Positions 47,555-60,205 of a DNA stretch of 64,000 nt are shown here, piece by piece (within the stretch, counting starts at the first letter, position 1; every line of letters begins with the position of its first letter). Made by a program: the position numbers and the translations under genes. This DNA is from the human T2T-CHM13v2.0 reference genome, Homo sapiens. The stretch is from positions 12,352,001 through 12,416,000 of the forward strand of contig CP068257.2 of assembly GCA_009914755.4 (NCBI GenBank), written 5' to 3'. The notes under the pieces were generated by a model. It was not told the DNA's origin, did not search any database, and saw nothing but the letters and a program-made list of their open reading frames with translations.

Positions 47555-50500
47555 TAATCTCTCCTGCTCTGCCCTGGCCCTGCCCTGGCTTAGCCTTAGC
47601 GCTGGCCCTGCCCCTAGTCCTACCATATCCCTGGCCCTGACCCTTCCCTGGCCCTGCTGCTGCCCTGGTCCTTCCCATATTCAGGCCTTACCATGGCCCT
47701 CCACTGGTCCTGACCCTGCCCTGGCCTGGTCCTAACCCTGGCCTACCCCTGTAGAACAGAGAAGGGGTAGGGAAGATCCAGGGAAGGGCTGGGGCAAATA
47801 AAGGACAGGACACATCCAAGTCCAGGAAAGGGCTAGGGCCATGACAGAGCCAGGGCGAGTCCTTGGCAGGGCCAGATTCCAGGCCAGGGCCAGGGAAGGG
47901 TAATGGCAGGGGCACTGTATGGCCAAGGTTCAGGCCAAAGCCAGGGCAGGGGCAGGAGCAGGCCTGCATGAGGGCAGGACCAGGGCCAGGGATGTGGCAG
48001 GACCAGGGGCAGGGCCAGGACCAGGGCTGTGCCAGGACAGAACAAGAGCAGAGCAGGGCAGTACCACAACCAGGCCATAGAGAGGGCAGGGCAAACGCCA
48101 AGGCAAGGCCAGGGTAGTGCCAGGGCTGAGGCAAGGTCAGGGAAGGTCCAGGGCTGAGTCAAGACTAGAACCAAGACAGGGGCAAAGGCCGGGGCAGATC
48201 TAGGGCACAAGCAGGCCAGGCTAGGGCAGGGCAATGGCAAGACCAGGCCATGGCAGGGCCAGCCCTGGATAGAACAGGGCACAGGCAGGGCAGGGCCAGG
48301 GACGCGGCTGGGACAGGACAAGGACCAGGGCAAGGGCATGCCCAGGGCAGAGGTAGGGCCAGAGCCAGGGTCTGGGCAGGGACAAGTCAGGTCCATTCCA
48401 GGGCCAGAGTTCAGACCAGGGCCAGGGCAGGGCCGGGGCAGGGCCATGGCAGGACCAGCAACAGGGCTAGGGCGAAGACAGGGACAGGGACAGGGTCAGG
48501 GCTAGGGCCAGAATAGCATGCCAGGGTAGGGCCAGGGCAAATCAGGGCCAGGACAGGGTCAGGCCCAGGGCTAGGCCAGGTATGGCCTTAAGCAGCGAAG
48601 GCCAGGGCCAAAGTCCATGCCAGGGCCAGGGCCAGTCCGGGGTAGGAGCATGGCCATGGCCAGGTCTAGGACAAGGCTGAGGCAGGGCCAAGGTCTGCGT
48701 CAGGCCCAGCAAAAGACCAGGGCAGAGCCAGAGGAGGAGCAGAGCCATGGTAGGGCCAGGACAGGGATGGGCCAAGGCAGAGCCAGGTTAAATCAGGGTC
48801 AAGACACCTTCAAATCCACTTCAGAGCCAGGGTCAGGGCAGGGCGAGTTCAGGGTCACGGCCAAGGGCTGGGGCTGTCAGGATCATTGGCAGGGCCAGGG
48901 CCATGGCAGGACTAGGGTCAAGAGCAGCGGTCAATGCCGGGCCAAGGCCAGAACGAGGACCAGGTCTATGCTAGGGTCAGTGCGAGGGCCAAGGTGGGGT
49001 CAGGGCAGGGCCAAAGGCAGGGCAGTGCCAGGGCAGGGCAGGGTGGAGCAGGCCCAGGGTAGCACAGGGTGAAGGCAGGGCATGGCCAACAAGGGCAGGT
49101 CTATGGCGGGGGCAGGGCCAGGGCCAGGGCAGAGCCAAGACAGTGGCAGCTCCAGGGCAGGGCCAGGGTTAGGACCACGGACGTGTCCCAGTGTCCAAGG
49201 CCAGTGCCAGGGAAAGGGCAAGGGTAGGGGGCAGGGTCAGGGTCATCTAAAAACCAAGGACAAATCTAGGCCCAGAGCAGGGCCAGGATAGGTACCTGGC
49301 AGGGCCAGGGTCTGGGACAGGACCATGGCAGGGCCAGGGCCACAGCCAGGTCTGTGCTATAGCCAGGTACAAGACAGGGCCCAGGCAAGGCTAGGGTGAA
49401 GGCCAAGGTAGGGCCAGGGCAGGGTCAAAGCCAGGCTAGGACCAAGGCAGGGCCAGGACAGGCAGGATGGGTCCAGGAAAGCATAGGGCCAAGGCAGGGC
49501 AGGGCCAGGCCAGTGCCAAGACCTGGACAGGGCCAGGAAACAGCCAGGGCAGGGACAGGGCCATGGCCATGGCGTGGGCAGGACCAGGTTCGGGGCAGGA
49601 GCAAAAGAAGGGCAAGGACAGTGCAGGTTCTTGGCACAGCCGGGGTCCAGGACAGGGTCAGGGCAGGGCCAAGGCAGAGTCTGGGCCATGGTAAGACCAG
49701 CAACAGCACTAGGGCTAGGATAGTGACAGGGTCAGAATCAGGGCAAGGACCAGAGCAGTGCAAGGACAGGGTAGGGCCAGTATTTCAGGGTCAGGACAGG
49801 GTCAGGGCCAGGGCAGAACCAGGGTAAGGTCTCAAGCCAGGAAGGGCCAGGGCCAGGGCCAGGATAGGTCCAGGGGCTGCATTAGGGCAAGAGCAGGGCC
49901 AGACCAGGGTAAGGGTCAGGGCCAGGGCCAGGATAGGGACAGGGCAAGAAACATGGCAGGACCATGGGCAACACCAAGGCCAGAGCTGAGCCAGGGCTGA
50001 GTCAGAGCTGAGTCAGGGCTGAGTCAGGGCAAGGCATGGTATGGCCAGTGCAGGACAGGACCAGAGCCGGTCCATAGAGAGAGCAGGGCCGATGCCAAGG
50101 CAGAGCCAGGCTGGTGCCAAAGCTGAGGCAGTGTCAGGGCATGTCCAGGGCGGGGCCGGGGCCAGAACCGAGCCAGGGCACGGCCAAGGCAGGGTAAGGC
50201 AGGGCAATGGCATGGCCGGGTCAGTGCCAGGATGAGGCAGAACAGGGCAAGGCAATGGTAGGGGCAGAGCAGGGACAGGCCAAAACAGGGTCTAGTCACT
50301 TCAGGGCCAGGGCCAGGGCCAGGGCCATGGCAGGACAAAGGCCAGGGTCAGGGCCAGGTCTGGGCTAGGGCCAGGTCCAGAGCAGGCCGTAGCCAAGACT
50401 AGGGTGAGAGCCAAAGTAGGGCCCGGGCAGGGTCAAAGCCAGAGTAGGGTGAGGGCAGGGCCAGGGCAGGGTGATGACACAGCCAGAGCACGGCAGGGCA

Positions 50501-51368
50501 GGTTGGTGCCAAGACCAGGGGCAGACTACTGCCAGCTCAGGGCCAGGGAAAGGCCAGGGCCAGGACAGAACCAGGAAAGGGTCTGGGTCAGGGCCAGGAG
50601 CAAGGCAGAGCAGGGCCAGGGCCATGATAGAATCAGGGCAGGTCCTTAGCAGGATGAGGTTCCAGGCCAGGGCCAGGGCACAGGCAGGGGCAGGGCCTGG
50701 ATAAGGGCAGGGTCAGGGATATGGCAGGACCAGGGTCCAGGCCAGGGCCAGGGTCCAGGCTGGGCCAGGACAGGACCAGAGCCAGGCCATAGTGAGGGCA
50801 GGGCAAAAGCCATGGCAGGGTCAGGGCAGGTCCAGGGAGCGGCCAGTGCCAGGCAGGGCCAGGGCACAACCAGGGCAGGGTAAGGCAGGTCAGTGGCACC
50901 GCTGGGCCATGACAGGGCAAGGTCAGTGCCAGGAGAGGGCAGAACAGGCAGGGCCATGGTGGGGCCAGGGCAGGGACAGGCCAAGGCAGGGCCGGGACAA
51001 ATCAGGGCCAGGACATGTCCAAGGCCAGGTCAGGGCCAGAACAGGACCAGGACCATGACCATTGGCAGGGCCAGTGCCATGGCAGGGCCAGGATCAGGAC
51101 AGGAGGCAGGGCCAGAGCCAAAGCTGGGTCAGCGCAGATTCAGGGAAGGTCCAGGGCAGAGGTGGAGCCAGGGCCTGAGCCAGGGAAGGGCCAGTGCAAG
51201 GGCAGGACCAGAGCAGGGACAGGGTAGCAAAGGGCCAAGACAGGGCCAGGGTGGGACCAGAGCAGAGCAGGGCTGAGACAGTCCAGGTAATGGTAGGGCA
51301 GGTCCAGGGCAGGGCAGGGCAGTACAGGGCCAGGTCCACAGCACGGGCAGGGCATAGCCAGGCCCATT
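47555..51368. repeat. GC-rich hexamer-like array, segment B (about 3.8 kb): C-rich 47555-47760, then G-rich 47765-51368
   Basis: near-continuous CAGGGC/AGGGCC units; a landmark motif CAAATCAGGNCAGGACA...CCAAGTCCAG (matching the segment-A landmark at about 46978) recurs at about 47803, 48545, 48780 and 50995; 47803 marks the second polarity switch. Confidence 0.9.
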
Positions 51369-52179
51369 GTGAATGCATCAGCCCTCCCTACAAGGCTCCT
51401 ACCACCTGGCCGCTGCCACAGCCTGGCCACCGCTGTAGGCCTGCCCCAACCCTGGCCGCAGCCACCTGCCCTCCTACCGCTCCAGCACACTGCAGTCTGC
51501 ATTGCCCCCACGAGCCCACAGAGAAGTGAGCTGCGGCGTTGCAGGCTCCAGGTGTCTCCTCCTACTCCTGGCACGGAGCAGCTGGGACGGCAAAGCCAGA
51601 AAATCCTAGAGGAAGATGCAAGGGGTGGTAGCGTCAGAGCCTCACTTTGTCATGCCAGCCACTGGGTGGCAGGGGCCAGTTTCAGTGAAGGCACTCACAG
51701 CCACCCTTCAAAGTCCAGCCTCTCCTTTTGGCCCAAGCTGGCCAGAAACCGGGACCTGGGGTGGGTGCTGGAGACACCACAGTGCCTGGCTCCTCACTCC
51801 ACAGGAACTGCTGGGCCCACCTGGGCTGCACTCCTCGGGAAGCAGGAGCAGCAGAAACTCAGACCCAGCCAACCCTCTGCACCCAGGTGCCACTTCCTGT
51901 TCCGGATGCCTCCACATACAGGGCCCTGTCCTCAGTGGTGTCTGCTACTCCATACCAGGGGGTGCCAGGCAGTCTCTGTGGCACAGACTCAGAGTGCATG
52001 GGCCCAGGAACCACGGTGGGTATGGGGGCTCTGCCATGCTCAGGATTTCCACAGAAACACTGTGTGTCTGCCACGCTCCAGTATGAGCAAGAGTAGGTTG
52101 CCCTCTGGAGTGTGGAGTCCAGGGAGAGGAGAACCGCTCCTTCCTTGGATGCCACCACTGTCACTGCCAACTCTGCTGA

Positions 52180-52555
52180 CCGTCACCAGCAGTGCAGCCC
52201 CCAACAGTACCCAACTTGCCCCCCTCCATGGCTAATCCTGCCCTCAATAGCGCCCCCCACCTCCACCCCCCCCCAACGCCACCAGCAGCGTATACCCAAT
52301 AGTGCCCTAACCTGTTCTCCTCTATGGGCACTGCAGCACCAGAGAGCGCCCATAACACACCCCCCACCATGGGCAGTGCAGCCCCATATAATGCTACCAA
52401 CCAGTACCCCCAATGCAGGCAGTGACACCCTAGATAGCACCCCCAACCCACCCCACACTGTGAAAAGTGCAGCCCTGATAGCCCCTGTCCTACCACTCTG
52501 GTCATGCTGCAGTCTCTGTTACCACCACCACCAGCCACAGTGAGGCAAGCCACTG
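52180..52555. repeat. GC-rich 37-46-bp satellite, C-rich strand on +
   Basis: repeated ...CAGTGCAGCCCC(A/T)ATAGCGCCCCCAACC... Confidence 0.8.
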
Positions 52556-52658
52556 GGCCGCAGGCTCTAGCCTCCAGCAGCTGGGCAGGGAGCAGCTCTT
52601 GCTGATGGCGGCCTGCTACCACTCCAACCACGCTGCTGTCTCCATGGCCATCTTCTTT

Positions 52659-53930
52659 GACTACAAAAGAATAAAACTAGGTATCAATAAGAAGAGTAAT
52701 TTTGGAAACCATACAGTCACATGGAAGTTAAACAGTACGCTCCTGAATGAATGACTAGTGGGTCAATGAAGATACTAAGATGGAAATTGAAAAATTTCAT
52801 GAAACAAATGGTAATGAAGACACAATATACCAAAACTTATGATATGCCAAAAACAGTACAAAGGAAGAGATTCATAGCTGTAAGTGCCTACCATCCAAAC
52901 AGAAGAAAAACTTCAAATAAACCATACATCTTAAAGAACTAGTAAAGTAAGAACAAACTAAACCCAAAATAAGAAAAGAAATAATAAAGATCATAGCAGA
53001 AATAAAATTGAAGTTAAAAAAATACACAATATTAAACAAAAAGTTGGTTTTCTGGAAAGCTACACAAAACTGACAAACTTTTAGCCAGGCTGACTAAGAA
53101 GAAAGAGAGAAGATTCAAATAAATAAAATCAAAAAATAAAATAGGAGACATTACAACTGATACTTCAGAAATTCAAAGGATCTTAACTGGCTATTATATG
53201 CCAATAAATTGGAAAGCCTAGTAGAAATCCTAGACGCATACAACCTACCTAGTTTGAACAGTGAAAACATCCAAGACCAGAACAGATCGGTAACAAGTAA
53301 TGAGATCGAAACCATCAGAAAAAGTCTCCCAGTAAAGAAAATCCAGGAACTGATGGCTTCACTGCTGATGGCTTCACACCACACATTTACAGACCTAGTA
53401 CCAATCCTACTCAAACTATTTTGAAAAACAGCAGGGAATACTTCCAAACTTATTCTGTGGGGCCATTATTACCCTCATACCAAAATCAGACAAAGACATC
53501 AAAGAAGGAAACTACAGGCCAGTATCTCTAATATTGGTGCAAAAATCCTCAACAAAATACCAGCAAATCAAATTCAGCAATACATTAAAAAGATAATTCA
53601 TCAGGATCAAGTGGGATGTATCCCTGGGATGCAAGGGTCATTCAACACTCAATGTGATACATCATATCAACCAAATAAACGACAAAACAGTATGATTATG
53701 TCAACTGAAACTGAAAAAGCATTTGATGAAATTCAGCATTCCTTCATGTTATAAGTCCTCAAAAAACCAGGTACAGAAGAAACATACTGCAACATAATAA
53801 AAACCACATGAGAGAGACTCACAGCTAGAATCATATGGAATGGGGGAAAATGGAAAGCTTTTCCTCTAAGATCTGGAACATGATAAGGATGCCCACTGTC
53901 ACCACTGTTACGTAACATAGTACTGGAAAT
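52659..53930 (+). mobile_element. truncated LINE-1 (ORF2 N-terminal/endonuclease-RT region), sense, embedded in the satellite
   Basis: frame-shifted ...[23 protein letters not shown]... and ...[18 protein letters not shown] segments; abrupt junctions to satellite on both sides. Confidence 0.85.
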
Positions 53931-54200
53931 CCTAGCTAAAGCAATCAGTGCAGCCCCTGATATGGCCCCCAACCCACCTTGCCCGCTGCCACCAGCAGTG
54001 TAGCCGCCCCCCGATAGCGCACCCAGCACACCCAAACTGCCCCCTCTTCCCGCACCATGGGCATTGCAGCACCCCATAGTGCCTAAACCCAAACCCCCCC
54101 CCCCACCCGCACCCCCGAGCAGTGCAGCCCTGGATAGCACCCTTAACCCACCTCACTGCTGCCGGCAATACAGTCTGGGATAGTGCCCCCAACTAGCAGG
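53931..54200. repeat. same GC-rich satellite, C-rich strand on +
   Basis: same unit family as 52180-52555. Confidence 0.8.
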
Positions 54201-54204
54201 CCTA

Positions 54205-54275
54205 GCGGTTTTCTTTCATCCAATCAGAACATAAAGTCCAGGAACCTGGCTTGCATAACCTCAGTATATAAAGCA
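54205..54275 (+). promoter_or_regulatory. CCAAT box (54215) plus TATATAAAG (54257-54265) spaced like a core promoter, in the unique segment between the oppositely oriented satellite arms
   Basis: motif spacing of about 42 bp; surrounded by GC-rich sequence. Confidence 0.3.
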
Positions 54276-54599
54276 TGCTAAGGGGGAGTTGCGCCATTGC
54301 AGGCTGTTGTACCTCAGCGTTCCCAGCCTCTCAGTTCGCACCTTAGAGAAGGCGAAAGCAGAGTCCCCCGCCACACGCTGGGGGCTGGAGGCTGGATCCT
54401 GTGGCACCAGGGCTTGCCTCTGCATAGTGTGTGGTGGTGATGGAGACAGGCGACTGGCAGCGAGAGCTGTTCCTTGCCTGGATACAGGAAGGGAAAGAGG
54501 AGGCACCTACCACAGGCTGGAGGCTAGAGTCTGTGGGACTGCGGCTGGCCTCGCTGGCTCGCCTCGCTGCTGTGGGTGGCAGCAGCGGACACTGCAGCC

Positions 54600-55800
54600 G
54601 GCCAGAGCGTAGAAAGGTGATGGGGTAGATGCGCTATCCCGGGCTACATTGCCCGCGGCCGGGGGCTGCTAGGGGTGTTATTCCGGGCGTCACTACTTTA
54701 GGTGTGCTATCCCGGGCTGCGCTGCCCGCAGCAGCGGGGGGGGCAGGTTGGGGGCACTATCCTGGGCTGTATTGCCAGCAGCAGTAGGGCTGGTTGGGGG
54801 CCCTATTGGGTGCTACACTGCCCGCGACAGGGGGCGGGTTAGGGCCGCTACTGTGGTTACACTGCCGGCGGCGCCGGGGTGGGGGGACTGGTCGGGGTGC
54901 TGACTGGTCTGGCTTCATTGCCCATAGTGGGGTGGGGGGTGGTATGGGGGCTGCACCGCCTGCGGCGGGGGGCTTGTTGGGGGCGCTATCTGGGGCTGCA
55001 GTGCCCCCCGCAGGGGATAGGTTAGGGGGAGTATCCCGTGATACACTGCAGGTGGAGTGGGGCGGGAAAGGGGGGTACAGGGAGGTGATTGGAGGGGGTG
55101 GTTTCAGGCGCTATCGCGGGCCAGACTGCTCATGATAGAGGGGGGCGTTGGGTGCGCTATTGGCTACACTGCCAGCGGCAAGGGACAGTTTGGGGGCGAT
55201 ACCCCTCCAGTGGTGGGTGGGCAGGTGTGGTGGGTTGTGGGCACCATTAGGGGGCTGTACTGTGGTCAGTGGGAGCGAGTTAGGGGAGCTATCAGCTGCT
55301 GCACTGCCTGTGGCGGGAGTCAGGTTTGGTGCGCTATCGGGACCATATTCTTGGTAGTGGCATACGGGTTAGGGGAGCTGTCGGGGGCTAAGCCGTCCAC
55401 GGGGGGTGCGGGTTGGGTGCGCTATCCAGGGCATCACACCCCGCAGCTGGGGTATGGTTGGGGGTGCTCTTCGCTATCTGGGACTGCATTGCCCATCGTG
55501 GGGAGCGGGTTGGGGGCCTTAAGGATCCGTGGCTGCACTATTCACGGCGGGGATCAGGTTGCAGCGCTTTCTGGGGCGTCGCTGCCCGCGGCAGGGGGGT
55601 TGGTTGCGGGTCCAGTCCGTGGCTGCATGGCCCACGGCAGGGGGCAGGTTGGGGGAGTTATCTGGTGCTGCAACGTCTGAGGCGGGGACGGGTTGGGGGC
55701 GCTGTTGGGTTCTACGCTGCAGCGGCGAGGGGAGGGTGTTAGGGGCGCCATCCCGGGTCCAACAGCTGGCGGCGGGTTAGGGGCGCTATCGGGGTGCCCT
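54600..55800. repeat. GC-rich 37-46-bp satellite, G-rich strand on + (unit approximately GGTTGGGGGCGCTATCCCGGGCTGCACTGCCCGCGGCAGGGGGCG)
   Basis: about 28 imperfect units; reverse complement of the arrays at 52180-52555 and 53931-54200. Confidence 0.85.
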
Positions 55801-56145
55801 GAAGGACACTCTGGTGGCCGCGAAGTGCCCTTGCCAGCACCCGATCTCCCTTCCGAGGAGAAGCAGGGCGGGCCGCAAGGCCAGACAGGCCATCCTCCTC
55901 AGGCCGGGCTGGCTGAGCGCGTGCGATTCTGGGGCTGCCCAGGCGAGCCCAGGAGAACCGGCGAGCCCAGCGGCGCCTGCCCGCAGCTGCACCCCCACCT
56001 GCCAGCGCGTGCCGCTTCCCAGCGACTTCCGGGAGCCCGGCGGCCACCGCGGTGCAGGCGCGCACCCAACGGCTTTGCCAGGCTCACTCGGTCTGAGAGG
56101 TCGGAGGCTGCGAGTGTCGTTGCTGAAGGCTGTAGTGGACCGGGC

Positions 56146-56262
56146 TGGATCGCGGATTTTGGAGATCATAGATTTCGGATCGCGGATTGGGAGTTGGATC
56201 TCGGATTGGGGGTTGGATCGGGGATTTGGGGTTGGATAGGTGATTTGGGGCTGGGTCGGCGG
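56146..56262. repeat. about 19-bp tandem repeat (GGATCGCGGATTGGGGGTT)x~6 in the presumed 5'UTR
   Basis: direct reading of successive diverged units. Confidence 0.7.
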
Positions 56263-56344
56263 GGGCGGGGGGTGGTAGTGAAAAGGTGACAGGGAGCTGC
56301 CCCTTCTCAAGAGCCGGTGATTGGGGGTCTGAGAAGTCACCACC

Positions 56345-56547
56345 ATGAAGTTGTTCGGCTTCGGGAGCCGCAGGGGCCACATGGTCCTGGACTCCATAGA
56401 CCACGTCTACACGGCTTCCGGGTACCGAATCCGGCACTCCGAACTGCAGAAGATCCACAAGGCGGCTGTCAAGGGCGACGCCACGGAGGTGGAGCGCTGT
56501 CTGGCGCGCAGGAGCGGAGACCTGGACGCCCTGGACAAGCAGCAAAG
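56345..56547 (+). CDS. ANKRD20A: ANKRD20A-family coding exon 1: MKLFGFGSRRGHMVLDSIDHVYTASGYRIRHSELQKIHKAAVKGDATEVERCLARRSGDLDALDKQQ(R)
   Basis: strong match to the N-terminus of ANKRD20A-family proteins (MKLFGF.SRRG...GYRIR.SELQKIHKAAVKGDA.E.ERCLARRSGDLDALDKQ); Kozak caccATGa; donor AG|GTAGCG at 56547/56548. The paralog, or a pseudogene copy, cannot be assigned. Confidence 0.85.
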
Positions 56548-57595
56548 GTAGCGGGGGCTCAGCCCGGGGTGGGAGGGGGTCCCCAGGCGCGGCTTTCCGG
56601 CAGCCCCTGGGACGGGGGCCTTGGAGGTCGCCGGGCACCCTCTGAGCGGCGGAGCCAAACGGACCCTGAGCTGTTTTCCATCCCTTATAATTCCCTGGCT
56701 GGAGCAGTTGGTGGAGAATTTGAGTGATTTAACTCACAAATTTAAGCATATACAGTGTTGTTATTTTTAACGTACACGTTTAAAACATGGTATATATACA
56801 TTATAGGAGGTGCCTGATGAGAGAACTCATTTCCCTCTCAAAAATACCGTGAGTTATTTTCAGTAGGCGAAAAGTTCTCAGATAAAACTGTCCGTTTTAC
56901 ATCCGTATCCCCCTGTGTAGGTAGGTTCTTTACTGAAGGTTCTTAGAGAGAAACTTGGAAGTGGGAGGTGGCTTCTGTGTTCTTGAATGGGAAGGCACAT
57001 TTTTCCCAACATGTGAGCTCTTTCTGTGTTAATCAGTTTTACATAGACCGAATGAAAATATCAAGGTTTTAAGATTTTTGTATGACACCTGCTGTCTTTC
57101 GCTATTGTGATGACATTTTAAAAAATTTCATAATGGAGTGAAAAAACACTTGCTCCTCTAGATAGCAAAATGTGCTATTAATTTCTACAATTAATTGTTT
57201 ACTAACAGCTGAAAAGACAGATAAACGCATGGAACAGAATAGGCAACCCAGAAACACTAAAATTATGTAAGATATACATAAGGATTGATGAGTAGGAAAG
57301 GATGAATTATTAATAAAAAAAAGTCTGCTGTTTGAAGAAAACTAATGAAATTTTATGTCACAAACAAAGTTCCTGATGGAATACAGATTGAAATTTTTAC
57401 ATATGCAAATGAGTAAAGTACCAGAAGAAAACACAAACGCTTATTTTGCAGGTACACTTTATGTTGACAAAAGCCTTCCTAAGAATGACCTCATAAGCAG
57501 ACATTCTGAAGGTTGATTTAGCAAACTAAAAATTAAAACTGCCTGTGTTTCAGAAAAAAAAAACAACAAAAGAGAACTTACTTGAAAAATATTAA

Positions 57596-58045
<450 letters not shown>

Positions 58046-59920
58046 TAATCTGTAATATATATATCAGTTGTATATACACATTAGATGAAAAGTTGTATGT
58101 ATATATACACATTAGATGAAAAGTACATTTTCATTTTACAGGGAATTCTTTCAAATCTAATCATCAAAAACTCTAAAACTGGGCAAAGTACTTTTTTCCA
58201 GATCTACAAGTTACTTGTGTACGTAGGAAAAAGTCCTTCACATTTCTAGTATAAGAATTTAAAATAAAAGAGGAATGAAACAGTTTTCTATCCACAATAT
58301 TTGTGAGGATGTTTTACACTCCTGCTTAAAGTCTAAGTTGCTGATTACTTTTCAAATAGGTAATTTGGTGGTAAGTACTACATTTAAAAAATATGTATGC
58401 CCTTTACCCATCAATTCCATTATACTAAAACACACTTAGGAAATAAAGATACATGCACTTTATTTTTTGCAACACTTACTTTAAAAAGAACCCATAGAAT
58501 GGATCCTATAAATAAATTTCAGTTGCATCCGTAGGATGGAATAATATGTGACCGTTGAAGGTGGCAATAGATACAGAAGTACATTGATGTGTGAAGATGT
58601 ATTTTGTTATAGCTAGCGAGGAAAAAAAATCAGTTAAATTATACATACACACAAATATACTATGGTCTTGTTTTAGCAAAAAATATGTACAAAATATAAA
58701 ATTTGTAATTTCTGAGCAATTGTATTTTAAGTAAAGTTCTTTTCCTTTTTCTTATCTGTGATTGCTGCAGTGAGCGTGTACAAAGCTTCTAGTAAAGTTT
58801 ATTAATAAAGGAATAATCCTTGGGAAGAGAGGAATATGAATCTTACAATATTAAAAATAATTTCTCGCTTTCTATTTTTATCATTATTTTGTGTATTGTT
58901 ATCTTCTTTGAACTTTTAGCCTCTTCAGAAGTAAAAAGGGAATGTTTTTATCTGTTTCCAGATTTTATTTTCTGTATATATTATTATGAACATGGTTTTC
59001 TTATATATTCACTCAATTTATGCAAACAATGATAGATTAATAATTTCATTTCAATTGTATTCTTTAAAAATAAAAATAATATATAAATACTATTGCAAAA
59101 ATATTGCTTTATAAGAGTTTATTTAAAAATATCGATCTCCCCAACTGTATTTATCCATTCTTTCATTCCATTTATTCATCAAACATAACCTGAGTACCTG
59201 TTATGTAGCAGACATATTCTACTATCTCTCAGGACGCTTCTATCCTTAAAAACTACATGTTTACCTGCCCTGCCTGCACAAGCTGAGAGATTTAATATAG
59301 GAATATTGGGACTTAATCTCCTTGAAACTTTATCTCCCACCTTTCAAACAAAAGCATTTCTGAACTTAGAAAATAGTAGAAGATAACCTTTAACTGCTCT
59401 TTGAAAAGTTTATCAGTCTTAAATACTAATATTAATCATTGGAAAGTGTTATTTGCATATATTCTGTAAGTATTATAAGTATTGAATAAAATGAGCCATG
59501 TGTATTCATTTGAATCATGAGTTTCCTTTGGCTTCAATTTGTTTGAAAATGAAGGAATTAATTTTTTTAAAAAAATGCATTATTGTTATTTCAGTGCTCT
59601 TTCCCCATAGTACCTTTAAGAACTAAAATGTATTTAAGTGCCAGTTATATGCCTAGAACTGCCCTAGACCTGCTGAGTATACCATATTCTACTTAATGTA
59701 AGGTCTCATGGATTGTGTGATACCCCGCTATTTTATATATCAATAAGATAATTTTTAAAGTGCTACCAATTATAGTTATAATAATATAAGTGGCATTCCA
59801 ATGTCAGAGGTATTAAAATGTGACCTACTCTTTAAGCCATCCTGCAAAGTAGGTGTAATTGTATCTTTTACCTAATTAAAATGTTTTTGTTAAGTAGTAA
59901 TAGTAACAATTATAATATCT

Positions 59921-60205
59921 GGCTGGGTGCAGTGACTCACACCTGTAATCCCAGAACTTTGGGAGGCTGAGGTGAGAGGATTGCTTGATGCCAGGAGTTT
60001 GAGACCATCCTGGGCAACAAAGTGAGATTCTTACTCTACAAAAATTTTTAAATAGCTGGGCATGCTGGTGCACATCTGTAGTCCCAGCTACTCAGGAGGC
60101 TGGGGATGGAAGATCGCTTGAGCCCAGGAGTTCAGGCTGCAGTGAGCTATAGTTACATCATTGCACTCCAGCCTGGGCAAAAGAGTGAGACTTGTCTCAA
60201 AAACA
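59921..60205 (+). mobile_element. Alu (sense) in intron 1
   Basis: Alu consensus. Confidence 0.9.

Larger units (their letters stand above)
55800..56600 (+). promoter_or_regulatory. CpG island, promoter and 5'UTR of the ANKRD20A-family gene
   Basis: very high CpG density immediately upstream of and across the ATG at 56345. Confidence 0.6.

Noticed and set aside
47688-51574. Many 60-204-aa ORFs on both strands across the G-rich array
   Set aside because: They are translations of (GGGCCA/GGGCAG)n. Every frame is open because the repeat lacks stop codons.
51369-52235. 288-aa + strand ORF (MNASALPTRLLPPG...) in the GC-rich unique segment between the two satellite systems
   Set aside because: It is proline/serine/alanine-rich and low-complexity, with no splice or Kozak context and no recognisable domain. 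Long chance ORFs are expected at this GC content, which is stop-codon-poor.
52150-55800. Possible CRISPR-like array, i.e. regularly spaced GC-rich repeats
   Set aside because: This is a eukaryotic context with Alu, L1 and spliced genes. The units are contiguous tandem repeats with no unique spacers, and there are no cas-like ORFs.
55693-56397. Overlapping 140-200-aa ORFs on both strands across the CpG island upstream of the ANKRD20A-family ATG
   Set aside because: These are GC-rich promoter and 5'UTR sequence and low-complexity Gly/Arg/Pro translations. The real CDS starts at 56345.
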